Part shown: positions 50,674 through 64,000 of the stretch, piece by piece
Layout: the number at the start of each line of letters is the position of its first letter
Numbering within the stretch: the first letter of the stretch is position 1
Assembly: GCF_006345805.1 (NCBI RefSeq)
Contig: NC_043000.1
Location: 69,502,001 to 69,566,000 of the forward strand
DNA from: Octopus sinensis
Lineage: Eukaryota
Length of the DNA: 64,000 nucleotides
Direction: 5' to 3'
Made by a program: the position numbers and the translations under genes
Notes under the pieces: generated by a model
The model's database searches: none
Told to the model about the DNA's origin: nothing
Seen by the model: only the letters and a program-made list of their open reading frames with translations

Positions 50674-52046
50674 GTAAGTTATATATTTTCTATCTAATGA
50701 AATCTTTAAAAGTTGTTATGTAAACTAGCTGTTCTATGTTTAATTTAATTTTTGAAACTCGAAGTTTCATTTCCTTTATCAACGCATTTGTTCAGATAAA
50801 TATAGACAGAATACAAATCATTTCTTAAAGTTCATATTTCTCATTGGTGGCTCAAATAGAAATACAAACTGAAATTGCTGGTGCAATCTGTCAAGAAACT
50901 GTTTCTCCTATTAGCGTTGGCAGGTCTTCATTTTAATTTCATCCTCTATTAGGGTACGGAAGTCTGTAAAACATAACATGTGATATGGCCTGGTGTTTAG
51001 TGAAATAACTGTCCAGTGAAGCCTATCTTGCATAGAGCAATGCTAGTAGAGATGAGTGGAATGTGTCCATAAAACCCTATCGTGTTTTCATACAATTAAA
51101 AGTTTGAACTTTCGTCAGGAGCCTAGTGTACGTACCATTAAGAGGATGGATAAAAATCCTTCATAGTCCCGGTTTCGGTTCCATAAAGAGAATTGCTCTC
51201 TACATATACCTTGAAAAAGTTTAGCATTGTTGACTTATATATTTGATTATCAGGTGTTTTGAAGCTTGTTAGAGGCACTCAAGGCCTGTTCCATTTGTAC
51301 CAGCAAGTCTTTCTTACTGTCGGCAACAAAGGAAACAATGTATTTGAAGTCACTGTCCTATTTGAGTAATAGACGAAATTTGTTCCAACAATGGCAGTAT
51401 AATGTTTTGCTATGTATAGGTTAATGAAATACAAGTTAATTTAGTAAAATAAAATTCCAAATAATACATCAAAATCTATCCAAATAACTGTAGAATTTTC
51501 TCAACTGAGCTTCTAATTCTGTTTAAATAAATTATCAGTTGATAATATATATTATTTATACCATATTTCAAAACCCCTTTGAACCTGATATAGTTTTATC
51601 AATAATCAATAATTTTTACTTTATTTCATGTGTAAAAAATACTTTGTAGTTTCGCTAAAAAGCGAATACAAGTTTTTTCTTTGTTCTTTGTAAATTTTTA
51701 TAAAAGTCACCTATTAAGGCGGTGCTCCAGCATGGCCGCAGTCAAAATGACCGAAACAAGTAAAAGAATAGAAGAATAATTACTAAAGAAATACAATTCT
51801 AATTCTTTCCATAACGTTTAATTCGTAAATACTTGAGCATTGTACATGTTTACATGAACTCACACTTGAGTATCAGCTTTAACTTAAATTATTTGAAAAA
51901 TATATCTCGTTTTATTCTCATGCATGTATTGTTATCAGAAACTCTGCCTGCGCAGTTGATTTTTACTGTTTTGATATTTACTCGCTATTTATTTTGAAAC
52001 ATATATTTGTAAACTGTAATATATTATTCTATTACTTCTTTTAAAG

Positions 52047-52610
52047 AATGCACTGGTAAGGCAGCAAATATTATATTTGTCATGGACTCTTCGAGTAGTA
52101 TTTGGAGTGTTGATTACAAGAAACAATTGAAGTTCGTCCAAAATCTTGTCAATAACTTTGATATCGGTGCAGATGATAAAACCGTTCGTGTGGGTGCAAT
52201 AACGTTCAGCGAGGAGGCTCATCTTGAATTTCCTATTGATCAGTACGATACAAGTGAGGATATTCAAGAAGCAGTTCTCAGGATTCCTTATCGATCCGGT
52301 GTCACTAATACGGCTAAAGCATTAGAGTTAGCCAAAAGTCAGGTAGAAATGAAGAAGAAACTGTACCAGGCTCCCTTTATTCTAGTCGTTATTACGGACG
52401 GTATGTCACGTAACCCTACTGAGACAAGAAAGGTTGCGAAATCCCTTCACAAACTTGGTGTCCATATTTATGCAATTGGTGTTGGAGCGAGTTATGATCT
52501 AGATGAATTGAAGGCAATAGCTAGCGACCCAGTTGAAAATGTGTACCAAGTCGGTAACTATTCGGCCTTGCAAGGAATAGTGAATTTATTCGGAGCAAAA
52601 ACATGCAAAG
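52047..52610 (+). CDS. Secreted VWA protein, exon 3 (VWA domain with intact MIDAS)
   Basis: CTGKAANIIFVMDSSSSIW (DxSxS), GVTNTAKAL (T), VITDGMS (D), YAIGVG; aag|..|gtaaat, phase 1-1, 564 nt. Confidence 0.95.
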
Positions 52611-52824
52611 GTAAATAGATTGTAATACATTTATCACTCTAATAGCATATGAAAATTAATATATTGTAATTGTTTGAGCTTTAACCTTACTAGATGTTCT
52701 TGTATTTCTCGTTTTAGTTCGTGTACTTTGTATTCGTGTGTATGTGTGTGAAAGAGAGAAAGTGAGACTGTGTGCTGTGTGTGTGTGTGTGTGTCTGTGT
52801 GTTTAGATCATCATACAAAAACAT

Positions 52825-52872
<48 letters not shown>

Positions 52873-52998
52873 AGGTCATTTTTCATAGCATTTTTCCGAT
52901 GGCCGGATAACTGAAGAGATGGTGGCGTGGATTTCCACCTCGGCATCCGAAACTCAGTTTCATCTTGGCTACCGAATAATTGTCACATATTACATTTA

Positions 52999-53453
<455 letters not shown>

Positions 53454-53809
53454 ATATATATATATGTACTTCAATCCACACATATACTCCATATTTGTTC
53501 CTACTTGAAACGTTAATGTTGTTTAATATCTATATTAAAGTCAAAAACTAGATTAATGTTCAAGTATGGTTGTGTGTGTGTGTGTCTCAGTCCATCCTTA
53601 TTTTCAGTTAAGCGTATAAAATTAGCAGCGTTTATACATGGATTTTAAGTCAATTTACAAACTAAATGATCACTACAAAAATAAAGTAAATTTAGTTCCC
53701 TTTCAAAAAACCCACATACACATATATACATATATTATAAATATATGTATATGCATATATATATGTGTGTGTGTATGTGTATATATGTGTGTATATGTAC
53801 ATATATATA

Positions 53810-53868
<59 letters not shown>

Positions 53869-53898
53869 GCGAGAAAGAAGCAACAAGAATGGATAGGT

Positions 53899-53989
53899 TT
53901 TTAGTACGATCGTTTCATACAAGGACAGGTTTTATTAAAAGTTGCAAAGATTACAGCATATAAACGAGTCCCGTACTCATCAGCTAAAA
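53899..53989 (-). ncRNA. Type-I hammerhead ribozyme, canonical core
   Basis: ttttag|CTGATGA|gtacgggac..gtccttgtat|GAA|acgatcgt|a|ctaaaa; palindromic helix III, GUA site. Confidence 0.85.
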
Positions 53990-54579
53990 TACATGTAAGT
54001 TCTCTAGACATCCTAGTGTTTGAGGCTATACTCATGAAGTAATGTAGATAATTAAACAGATTTCTAAAGTTCATTAAAGTTCTTTAAAGATGATGTACAG
54101 TCTTATCACAGAATTTTAAAAAAGCAGTAATGTGATTAATGTGGCAAACACCTAATCATATAACAAGGATTGATACCTACCTCATTGTGTTCAACCATTG
54201 TAAAATTTATCGCCTGTAAATATGAAATTCATCTCCATTTCTGGAAATTTACATCTACACCATTGGAATCTGTGCAATATACAAAGGATTAATTCACCCT
54301 CTCTGTAATGCTAATAAGCAGGAATTGAGACCCACCTCGTGTAATTAACAATGGATAAATTTGTCTTCTGTGAGTATATAATCCCTCATCATATCTATGG
54401 AAATTCATATGGATTAGGTCACCTTCTCTGTGATGCTATCAAAACTTTTTTAAAATTCTGTGATAAGACTGTACATCATCTTTAAAGAACTTTAATGAAC
54501 TTTAGAAATCTGTTTAATTATCTACATTACTTCATGAGTATAGCCGCAAACACTAGGATGTCTAGAGAACTTACATGTA

Positions 54580-54668
54580 TTTTAGCTGATGAGTACGGGA
54601 CTCGTTATATGCTGTAATCTTTGCAACTTTTAATAAAACCTGTCCTTGTAGAAACGATCGTACTAAAA
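54580..54668 (+). ncRNA. Type-I hammerhead ribozyme, sense copy (1-nt deletion at base of helix II)
   Basis: ttttag|CTGATGA|gtacgggac..gtccttgta|GAA|acgatcgt|a|ctaaaa. Confidence 0.8.
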
Positions 54669-54810
54669 ACCTATCCATTCTTGTTGCTTCTTTCTCGCTT
54701 ATAATCACCCCACATACTGTATTGTTAATCAGTATATTTTTTTTGGTGCATCTAAGTTAGGTACCATATTCAAGTAAATTTTTAAATTAACTTGAATCTT
54801 TATTGCTCTT

Positions 54811-54849
<39 letters not shown>

Positions 54850-55301
54850 GTATTATGTATGTATGTATGTATGTATTTGTGTATGCGTGTATACAAAGAG
54901 AGAGAGTGAGTGAGTGATAAAAAGAGGACAGGAAGTCCAGATTTGTAATTTATCAATTACATTAGATTTCTAATCTATATGGAATATTTCTTTTTCTTTT
55001 TAGTTCGGAACATCTATAAACAATTTTATTTCAAATGAAGAAAATCTGAAACCTCATTTATTCACTTATGATTGCTGTGGTCTTTTGTAAATAATTTTTT
55101 GAACAAGATAGGGACATTTATTGAATTAGAGTTTTACTGAATGAGTTAGAAATATTTAGAAATCGCCTTCTGGATTAGGAGAAATATATAAAACTAATGT
55201 TTAGAGAAAAATGTGTATAAAAATTATATAAACTTATACAAAATGTTTAAAAATGTTAATCTAAATGTGGCCTAGATTATAAGGGATTGTATCTATTTTA
55301 G

Positions 55302-55511
55302 ATATAAATATGGTTCTAGCAACTATAGAACCAACAGCCGCTGATACAACTACCACGACCGTTCTATCAACAACTATTGCTACTAAAGCCGCTAAACTAC
55401 CACAAACTACTACCACCGACACCATCACCGCTCAATCTCCTAGTAGCACAAAAATCCCTAAGTATGTCGAGCCCATGCAAGGAGACCAGTTTACTAAGAA
55501 ACATAACACAC
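55302..55511 (+). CDS. Secreted VWA protein, exon 4 (Thr/Pro-rich mucin-like linker)
   Basis: ttttag|AT ATA AAT ATG..ACA C|gtaagt; phase 1-1, 210 nt. Confidence 0.8.
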
Positions 55512-55590
55512 GTAAGTTGTATTTGCCTTTTCTTTATTAAAACGATAATTTTGAAAGAATGTCATTATGTAACACTTGTCCGATTTACAG

Positions 55591-55680
55591 GAATATTCAT
55601 CATGCGGATCCCACCGGACTTGGAAGTCCCTCAAATATCAAGGGAACAAACATTTCTTCTAGGCCAAGTGAATAAAATAG
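55591..55680 (+). CDS. Secreted VWA protein, exon 5 (frame ambiguous)
   Basis: tttacag| acceptor; TAG|gtgaca donor gives phase 1-1; alternative donor at 55667 in another frame. Confidence 0.5.
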
Positions 55681-56008
55681 GTGACATTAAAATAAAGTAT
55701 TTCGAATTATAGGTTTCTGAAAATTATACTTTTACCTATAGGTATTTTTGATGTTGAAGCAAAATATCTACATTCAAAGAATCGAAACCGAGTGGCTGAT
55801 GTGGCTTGCTGTCATCTAAGTTTCAACTTTAATCGTTAAAGAACATTTGGATGGTTTCAACATAATTTCAGAAAGTAGATATTTTTAAAGTTCCTACATC
55901 TTCAAATTAAATGAATGCTATATCCCTGACTACAACATGTAAATGATAGAGGTCATTTCAGCATATTTCTATGAAAATACATTTTGTTTTTATTTCGTGT
56001 CGTTACAG

Positions 56009-56586
56009 ATACCATTTCATTCGGATTTGATATCGTTTCTGTCGGAGTTCTGGACGGTAATACGATATTCCAGTTCATTTCCTCCATACTTCCTTTGAAT
56101 TACTACGGCCATTTCTCTATTATATCTGAGTATGATTGTAAAGGAACTGAAAATAATTTGAAAAGTTTGAATATTCCTCTGATGCCAGTAACTAACAAGA
56201 CCCTTTTAGCTGCTGGAAATTCTATAAAATGGCATCTACCGGGTTTAGAATCTATTGTACTTCAACTCGCTTCTAACCTCTACAAACGCAACCTCCAGAA
56301 TGCATACAAAGGTGTGAGGGGGCATGAAGTTACCGTACTATTTGTGGACTCGTCAAAAACAATATTAACACCTAAACTGAAAAAGAACGTCGAAAGCCTG
56401 AAACGCATGGGTTCTAAAGTGTTTGTGATCGATGTTGGCCAAAGCAATTGGGCGGAACCGAAACTTGTTGAAGATATGAGCAGCCAACCGTCAAAGCATT
56501 ACAACATTAAAGTACCAACTTATAAAGACTTACTCAATAAAAAACATCTTCCGTCACATAAATTTCAAGCCGATTGTGACTGCTAA
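56009..56586 (+). CDS. Secreted VWA protein, last exon (degenerate VWA-like domain)
   Basis: ttacag|AT; TISFGFDIVS.., VTVLFVD, LKRMGSKVFVIDVG resemble VWA beta-strands; TAA stop followed by AATAAA. Confidence 0.85.
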
Positions 56587-56956
56587 CTAATAAACATAAA
56601 ATACTGTTCATTTTGGTTAGTACCAGACAATTATTGCAATTCCGTCTTGCTTTTGTGTTGTACAAATAATATTGTATTCTTTGTGAAATGTATGAGAATA
56701 AAAAGTATATGCTTACATGCCTTAACATTTATTGAAATTGGATTTAATTAAGTTAATTTAACATGTCTCTTACTATAAATACCTTTGTGTGTATGCATCC
56801 ACATATACATATATATGTGTGTGTGTGCGTGTGCGCGTGTGTGTGCGAGTGTGTGTGTGTGAATGTATGTGTGTGTGTATGTGTGGTTGTGTGTGTATGT
56901 ATGTATGTACGTATATATATATATATACATGTATGTGTGTGTGTGTGTGTGTGTGT

Positions 56957-57865
56957 ATAGTTCAAATTTACAAAAACAAATGACGAAGACAGGAGAGGGA
57001 ACAACAAGCAGGTGTATCAGTTTAACACTCGGGAAGAGTGGAAAAGTGGTTGATGTTTCGAGCCTATGCTCTTCGACAGAAAGGATGGAGAATGAACGGA
57101 AAAAAAACGGAGCGAAAAAAATGTGTAGGGATTAATGGTTCAAAATGATGAATCACACACACACACACACACGCACTCGCGCGTGCACACACACATATGC
57201 TAGATAATAAAACGTATATTATATACCTGGTAGCTTACCAGTAAAACACATTCCCTTTCACAGTGTTCGACGTGTATTTGTTTAATGAGAGCGATTGAAG
57301 ATAGAATATACGAGAATTTTTATTAATCACTTCTATTGTTTCGACCCATCAAGCATCGATCCCTCACGGGTGGGATACTTACCAACTGGTTTAGGAGCAT
57401 CCCTAGATGTAGATATTTGTATGCGCGAATGTGCATGCGTTATACAACCTAAGCGAAGGTGTTTATACATCCATATCCGTTAACGGTTATATTTAATACT
57501 TTTTCGTTGTATTCCTTTTTTTTTACATCTGTTATATTTTATTAATGATCTTCGATATAAATGAAACTATATCATTTTCTTTACGCGAGGAATTGGTGGT
57601 TGAAGGGTCGAAACAATTGTAGCGATTAATAAAGATTCTCGTATCCTCCATTTTCTATCTCCCTCTTTAACCATATATATGATTGATCGTTAAATCCACA
57701 ACTTTTTTTTATTCTCTCTCTGTTTATTTCCTCATATACCTTTCTATTGAAGAGCTTACGTTCAAAACGTAAAAGACTTTCTCACTTTCCCGAGCGTCAA
57801 ACTAATACACCTACTTGTTTTTCATACATCTGTCTTCGTCGTTTTGCTTTTCTGTAAATTTCAAC

Positions 57866-57868
<3 letters not shown>
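56957..57868. mobile_element. Older PLE-derived inverted-repeat element with degenerate hammerheads
   Basis: 56957-57145 and 57290-57365 are inverted relative to 57585-57868; flanked by (TG)n and (TA)n. Confidence 0.75.
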
Positions 57869-57922
<54 letters not shown>

Positions 57923-58006
57923 ATGCGTGCGTGCATGCGTGTGTGATATATATGTCTATGTATATGTATGTATATATATATATATTTATTTATATATGTA
58001 TATATG

Positions 58007-58095
<89 letters not shown>

Positions 58096-60210
58096 CGTAT
58101 ATATGCTTTTTTATGGTAGAATGCTATCTCGACGAGATGCAGAATGTATTCATTCATAGATCTAATGGTTTGAAAATATGTTGAAGAGTAAATTTGACCT
58201 CTGGTTAGTCTGTCGATTATTGACGTTAACGACACTTTCGAGACACTTTATCTCTGTTCGTGGTTGGATCTTTTCAACGAGGGTAATTGAACTATTTAGA
58301 GCTAGAGCGACTGAGAACTTTAGAATATTGTCATGTCAACTATACAGTGCAATACTCTTCTAAGTTTGCGATGTTCTGTCCCACCCATAAGTTAATACGT
58401 ACTCTTAGTCCATCTGACAGGTATGTATACTATTTATGTCTATCAAATTTCACAAAATTTTGTTCGACTTAAGGTTATGATAGAGAATACTTCCCTGACA
58501 TGCCTCAAATGACAATCAAATTCAGAAACACATGGTTGTGAACCGAATGCCTTAAACCCACACTTTGTCTCGAATATTTTCATTATAACTGACATATATT
58601 CCCAAACATTCATAAGAGAACTTAAGTCCAGCCTAGAGAGATAGAGGTATGATTGTATTTTATTACCAAGTCAGCTCACGTAGATCAGCTCTGTTACCAA
58701 AGCCATTCTATCTGTGGCCAATACATCTTTCTAGACATAGTTTATTTCGGTTTTTACTCTCCAATATGTCATATATTTTAAACACTGTATAGTGAGATTA
58801 GAGAGATAGTTTCCCGCTATTTCTAACAAGTCAAGGCGCAACGTAGAGAGTACTCCATTGACTCGGTTTCGTTGATTACATTGCTACAATCAACAACCAT
58901 TTCGAAACCACATTTCCATTTAAAGAGATTCAGTTCAGTAAATATTTCTGTAGAACGATAAACACGTACACACATTACGCTTACCCTCGCAAGTTCTAAA
59001 TTTATATGCAAACACATTCCCTTTGAATTAGTATTGTATAAAATCAACGTAATCCACTCAATGACTTAGGGTCGTAAAACCACTTGAAATATTTCAAAAC
59101 CATAATTAAAAGTTGAAATCAATATTTTAGTTACGATATAACTTTTTAGCTTTACCATAAACAAAATTAACTTTCCTAAGAGCAACAACTATGTTTAATT
59201 TATTGTTAATTATTTGTGAATTAAGAATTTCGCAATTCAGAATTATGCATGCTGTTTCCCCAATTTACATTATAGAAAGGGTGTCAGATGAGTATGTAAT
59301 TCTGAGACATATTTTAAAGTATGATTTAATAGTGACGATTGTCCACTAAAATATTTCAAAACTTAATCTAAAGATGCTAAGTATTTGATTGACTGAATGG
59401 CTTCTTATATACTATAATCATATTTAAAGTAAAGCAATTGTATAATAAATATGTTCATCAAATATATATCAATAAAATTGTCTTCATAGTTAATTATCCT
59501 TAGCTTCACAACCATTTTCTATATATTCTATATTTAAATTAAATGGCATGAAAGTAGTTCGAACTATGGTTGTAGAATATGAAAAGGTGAAGTAAGAATA
59601 ATGTTTCTCTTAATATTGTTTTCTTTAGCTCACTTTTCTCTTATTACAATAACAACATCAGTACTAGAATTACTTCCTGCAAAAGTAACTATGTAAAATC
59701 GTAAGCTTAGAAGAGATATTTATCGCTAGTGTAAATACTTTACGTCTTGGAGCTTGAGCTTTCTGAAATGCAAAAAAAAGAAGTATATGTCCAGGATAGG
59801 AGGTATGTGAATTTAGTAAAATAGGTAAAAGGAATGGACTCAGGTAACTATTTCTTTGCTCCAAATTACTTTCCAATCTTATCAAAAGCATGCACCAACG
59901 ATGTCCGCTCTACTTCTTAGAATTAACAGCCAAATCTCTTAAAACACTAGATTATGTAATCCGACAAACATACTGAAAAGGCTGGAAAGTCCCTGGTCAT
60001 GCAATTCAGGCCTGATATGGGATTTTAAAAATTCCCTGGAATTAAAATCGGTGGGATTAGGAGGCCAGATTCTGGAGCTAATGAAGTCGTTGGGCTTCTC
60101 CAATGACCATTGCGCGATACCCTAGGTATGTAACTTCCTCTATAACACCGGACTGACCAAAGCCTTGTTAGTGGATTTGGTAGACAGAAACTGAAAGAAG
60201 CCAGTCGTGT

Positions 60211-60625
60211 ATAGGCGCAGGAGTGGCTGTGTGGTAAGTAGCTTGCTAGCCAACCACATGGTTCCGGGTTCAGTCCCACTGCGTGGCATCTTGGGCAAGT
60301 GTCTTCTGCTATAGCCCCGGGCCGACCAATGCCTTGTGAGTGGATTTGGTAGACGGAAACTGAAAGAAGCCTGTCGTATATATGTATATATACATATGTG
60401 TGTGTATGTGTTTGTGTGTCTGTGTTTGTCCCCCTAGCATTGCTTGACAACCGATGCTGGTGTGTTTACATCCCCGTCACTTAGCGGTTCGGCAAAAGAG
60501 ACCGATAGAATAAGTACTGGGCTTACAAAGAATAAGTCCCGGGGTCGATTTGCTCGACTAAAAGGTGGTGCTCCAGCATGGCCGCAGTCAAATGACTGAA
60601 ACAAGTAAAAGAGTAAAAGAGTATA
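60211..60625 (+). mobile_element. SINE family 2, full length (partial duplicate at 60125-60210)
   Basis: A box TGGCTGTGTGG, B box GGTTCAGTCCC, tail aaacaagtaaaagagtaaaagagta. Confidence 0.9.
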
Positions 60626-60631
60626 TATATA

Positions 60632-61480
60632 TTAGGTCGTCAAGTATGAAATTTGTAGAAAAAAAGTTTGATAATGTTTTATAAATACAGGGAATAGTTT
60701 TATTCATCTGACCCATATTGTCAGTATACTTTTACCATTTCAGCGGTAGCTTGTCCAGCCCGGAACTGTAAAAGCCTGGCAATCTAGAGTCAATAAAACC
60801 TTGGAAGGCCTGTTTTACAGCATCGTCGGAATTAAATTTTTTCCTATCAAAAAGTTATCCACATTCTGGAAGAAGTGGTAGTTAGTGGAAGAAGTTCAGG
60901 TGAGTATGGTCGATGATGGAGAACTTCAAACTTCAACTCCTGTAATTTCGCCAATGTCATTTTTGCGATCTGTGGTCTGGCGTTGTCTTGCAATAAAATA
61001 GGAGTGGATCTGTTGACTAATCTAGGCTGGTTTTTTTTTGTAAGTTTCTGCCTCATTTGGTCCAGCTGGCTGCAATATACTTCAGTCGTGATTGATGAGC
61101 CAGGTTTAATGAAATCATAATGGATCACACCTGCGCCAGACCACTAAACATACACCATTAGTTTTTTTTGATGAATTTTGCTTTTTGCACTGTGTGTTGG
61201 TGGCTCGTCTTTGTCCAGCCATTGTGCTGAACGTTTGCGGTTGTTGTATTGGATCCATTTCTCATCACATATTACAATTCAATTCAAAAATCATTCATTT
61301 TTGTGACGAGAAAGTAGCATAATGCAGTCATCCAAACGTTGCTGTTTCTGATTTTCATTTAGTTCATGTGGAATCCACTTACCCAACTTTTTCACCTTAC
61401 CGATTTGAACGAGGTGAGTCAGTATTGTTTGCTTGCTAACACCAAACAACAATGATAATTCATGGGCACTTTGAGATGGA
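60632..61480 (-). mobile_element. Mariner element, one end with TIR
   Basis: IHYDFIKPG..VYCSQLD..LLQDNARP..HRPYSPEL; TA|TTAGGTCGTCAAG TIR-like end. Confidence 0.88.
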
Positions 61481-63609
61481 TATCTGACTCGACGGTGGCT
61501 TTCAGTTTGTTATTATCCGCCTAGTACTCATACATCACACGAGACATACAAGGAATCTTCAATGCGGTCAAGAAATAACGGTCAAATCTCAGTAAAAATT
61601 ACACCCTACCCCTACCTCTTAAAATAGAAATAATACACGAGGCAATGTAGTTCTTGGGGCACAGTATCTAAATAGTCACGGTTACAAAACCCTTGAGGAT
61701 AAATTTGATTCCCATTCCGATTACTTTTCATGGTGATATAGCGATCCAACTGTTAAAACCACAAGGTTAAGCCTCCAATTTAAAACAAGAGCAGTTGCTA
61801 AACTTCTATACGGTTCGTACGTTAAACACATACGGATACTGCCTCTATATTTCTGATGAAGAGATACCTACTCACATACCATTTCAAGTGCATCCCAAAA
61901 CCAATTATGTTAATTAGAAAACGTTCAGTAACCAGCACATGTTAGCATTACTTGCCTCTTGTATCGTATTTTCAACAGGACCTGTCTCTCAATGTTTCCT
62001 AAATCATGGAGCTATGTGTCAGGCTATCTGATCATGCTTTACATATAGAAACAAATTAACGCACATTTTACGCTACGATAATTTTACATAATCATAAATA
62101 AAATAATAAGGGAAATAACTCGAACTAATGTCGAAATTTGATAATTATGCTTAAAGGTGATGTTCTATGCAATATATTCTAAATTCACCCAAATCTCCTC
62201 CTAAGATGTAGAAAATCTTGGACAAAGATGTAAGTAAAAGTTTTTCTGTATATAAAAATGTATCCACTAATTTGTTGACATAAGTAAACTGCACTATAAT
62301 GAGGATGGCGAGGTCAAATGGACTAAAATATGTCTTTAATTTTCTTTTATCTGATCAGTTTGTCATTTTCCAAGCATTTGAATTCTGATTTTTTAAAAAG
62401 TACCTTCCCTTTCTTTTAGAGTTGCGAACACTTGCTGCAATGTTATGATAGCTCTGATGTAGGAAACATTGTTCGTCTAATTACAAATGACTCACCCCTT
62501 TCTGGCAGTCGTATTATGTCACACACGTTAAAATATGTTCTAAACACTTCACATAATCCTTCCCAGAAATGCAACCCCCTATAATTCCCTCCCAGTCAAC
62601 CATTACTCATTAGTGAAAACCTACAGAATCTCATAGTAGACATCAAATGTATTGGTATTACTAATTTGGAAAAGCATCTAAAGCTCATAGGCACTGCTCC
62701 TCTTTCTTGCATTATGTAATAAAATAAGAAATTAAAATACAAATGAGTAGGATCACCATAAATAATCTCTGGCTTTCTAAAATTATGAGAATATGTAATA
62801 GATTCATTGATGGCGATTAAAATTATGGAATAACTTATTGTTATAGATACCTTACTAATGTTATGATGAAATAAGTAACAAAGTAATGTATTACTCATTT
62901 CAAGGCAAAACACCGACATTCCTTGTATCTAATATGATACCAAATAGCTATCTTGAATAAAGACTTATGAAAGCGGAAGTTTGGATGATTTATCATCCTT
63001 AGTAAATTGTTTTATATGTATCTATCTGTTGGTAACAATTATAGACAATTATTCATTTTTTAAACGTTTTCTTCATTATGCAAAAAAGAACAAGCTGAGA
63101 TCACTGTGAGTAATCATATTTATGTAACATTCTCATTAGGAAAACATTCCTGGCAAAGTACCAAAGCCTATGTCATCGTAGTAAATAAGTACTAACGCGA
63201 ATAAAGTAGTTTCGTTCATGATGATGAAGAGTTACATGCGAAATTCAATTTCCATTCCACAATGCTGGGGTTTGGTTGGCCAACAATTATAATGGGATGG
63301 GGAGTTGAGTAATAAGAATATACATATACAAATACATATGCACATGCATACATATATGCATACTTAACCACAGACTCAAGCACTCGCACACACAAACACA
63401 TATATACATATATATACACATACGTATAAGCATTAAATCATGCATGTATACATATAACATCATACATACATACATACATACATACATACATACATACATA
63501 CATACATACATACATACATACATACGTACATATACAGTTTGGTCAGGATAAATGTTGTTATATGGTTGTGAAAAGGGGAAAACTATAACCCAAACGAGTA
63601 ACATCTCCA

Positions 63610-64000
63610 TTAATGATTTGACTTTTCCCCCGTATCTGATGAGGAATGTTACCGGTATTTAGGGGTGGATGAAAACATCTTACAATGGCATCTGTAACAA
63701 AGCACTAAAGAATATCACAGCCGAATAAAGAAAATTTGGATCTCAGAACTCTTTACATTCAATAACACAGGGGCTTACAATGTGTTTGAAGTGCCAGTAT
63801 TCATACCAACATCTGGGCTGCTTGAGATCTGAGCCATTTATGTCAAAATCCGAAAAATACTAACAAGCGCATGTAATTTCTACATAAACACTGATGTAGA
63901 CTGCCTCTACCTAAAATGGAAATAAGGCAGTAGAGGCTTAACATCGATCAAAAATGCCTTTGAACGTCGTATCATATCCCTTTGGCAACATCTTTTAACC
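63610..64000 (+). mobile_element. R4/Dong-type thumb region (further family), runs off the window
   Basis: ECYRYLGVDE, KEYHSRIKKIWISEL, NTDVDCLYL..GSRGL. Confidence 0.8.

Larger units (their letters stand above)
53869..54698. mobile_element. Inverted-repeat element: ~255-bp arms (53869-54124, 54445-54698), 320-bp spacer, PLE-type hammerhead in each arm
   Basis: Arms differ by 1 substitution and 2 single-nt indels; (TA)n on the left flank and ~110 bp past the right end. Confidence 0.9.

Noticed and set aside
55004-55080. Extra VWA-gene exon after ttttag
   Set aside because: In-frame TGA in the required phase and no good donor.
61600-63250. Possible Polinton polymerase remnant or host exon
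   Set aside because: No convincing motif in any frame; left unannotated.
63636-63665. CTGATGAG as hammerhead core
   Set aside because: Coding sequence of a Dong thumb (SDEECY); no GAAA.

Overview
AT-rich, microsatellite-dense eukaryotic DNA. It is most consistent with an octopus/coleoid cephalopod genome, an inference from the repeat families and composition rather than a database hit. One host gene can be modelled on the + strand at 45507-56586: six coding exons, about 505 aa, secreted, with signal peptide, MIDAS-intact VWA domain, Thr-rich linker and degenerate VWA. It has a TATA+Inr promoter. Almost everything else is transposon-derived: Helitron helicase remnants, three mariner copies, a Tc1/IS630-like element interrupted by a Tx1/L1 LINE, CR1/L2 and RTE-X fragments, a near-full-length young RTE, tRNA-derived SINEs, a 181-bp tandem array, about nine R4/Dong-type (RT+restriction-like endonuclease) copies mostly abutting (TAA)n arrays, and several Penelope-like elements (PLEs), mostly as inverted-repeat structures. 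The most notable signal is a set of minimal type-I hammerhead ribozyme folds at PLE termini and inside a tRNA-headed SINE. Their catalytic cores covary at the 3-8 base pair (C3-G8, G3-C8, U3-A8), which suggests selection on non-canonical self-cleaving RNAs. All folds and alignments were done by eye; none were computed.
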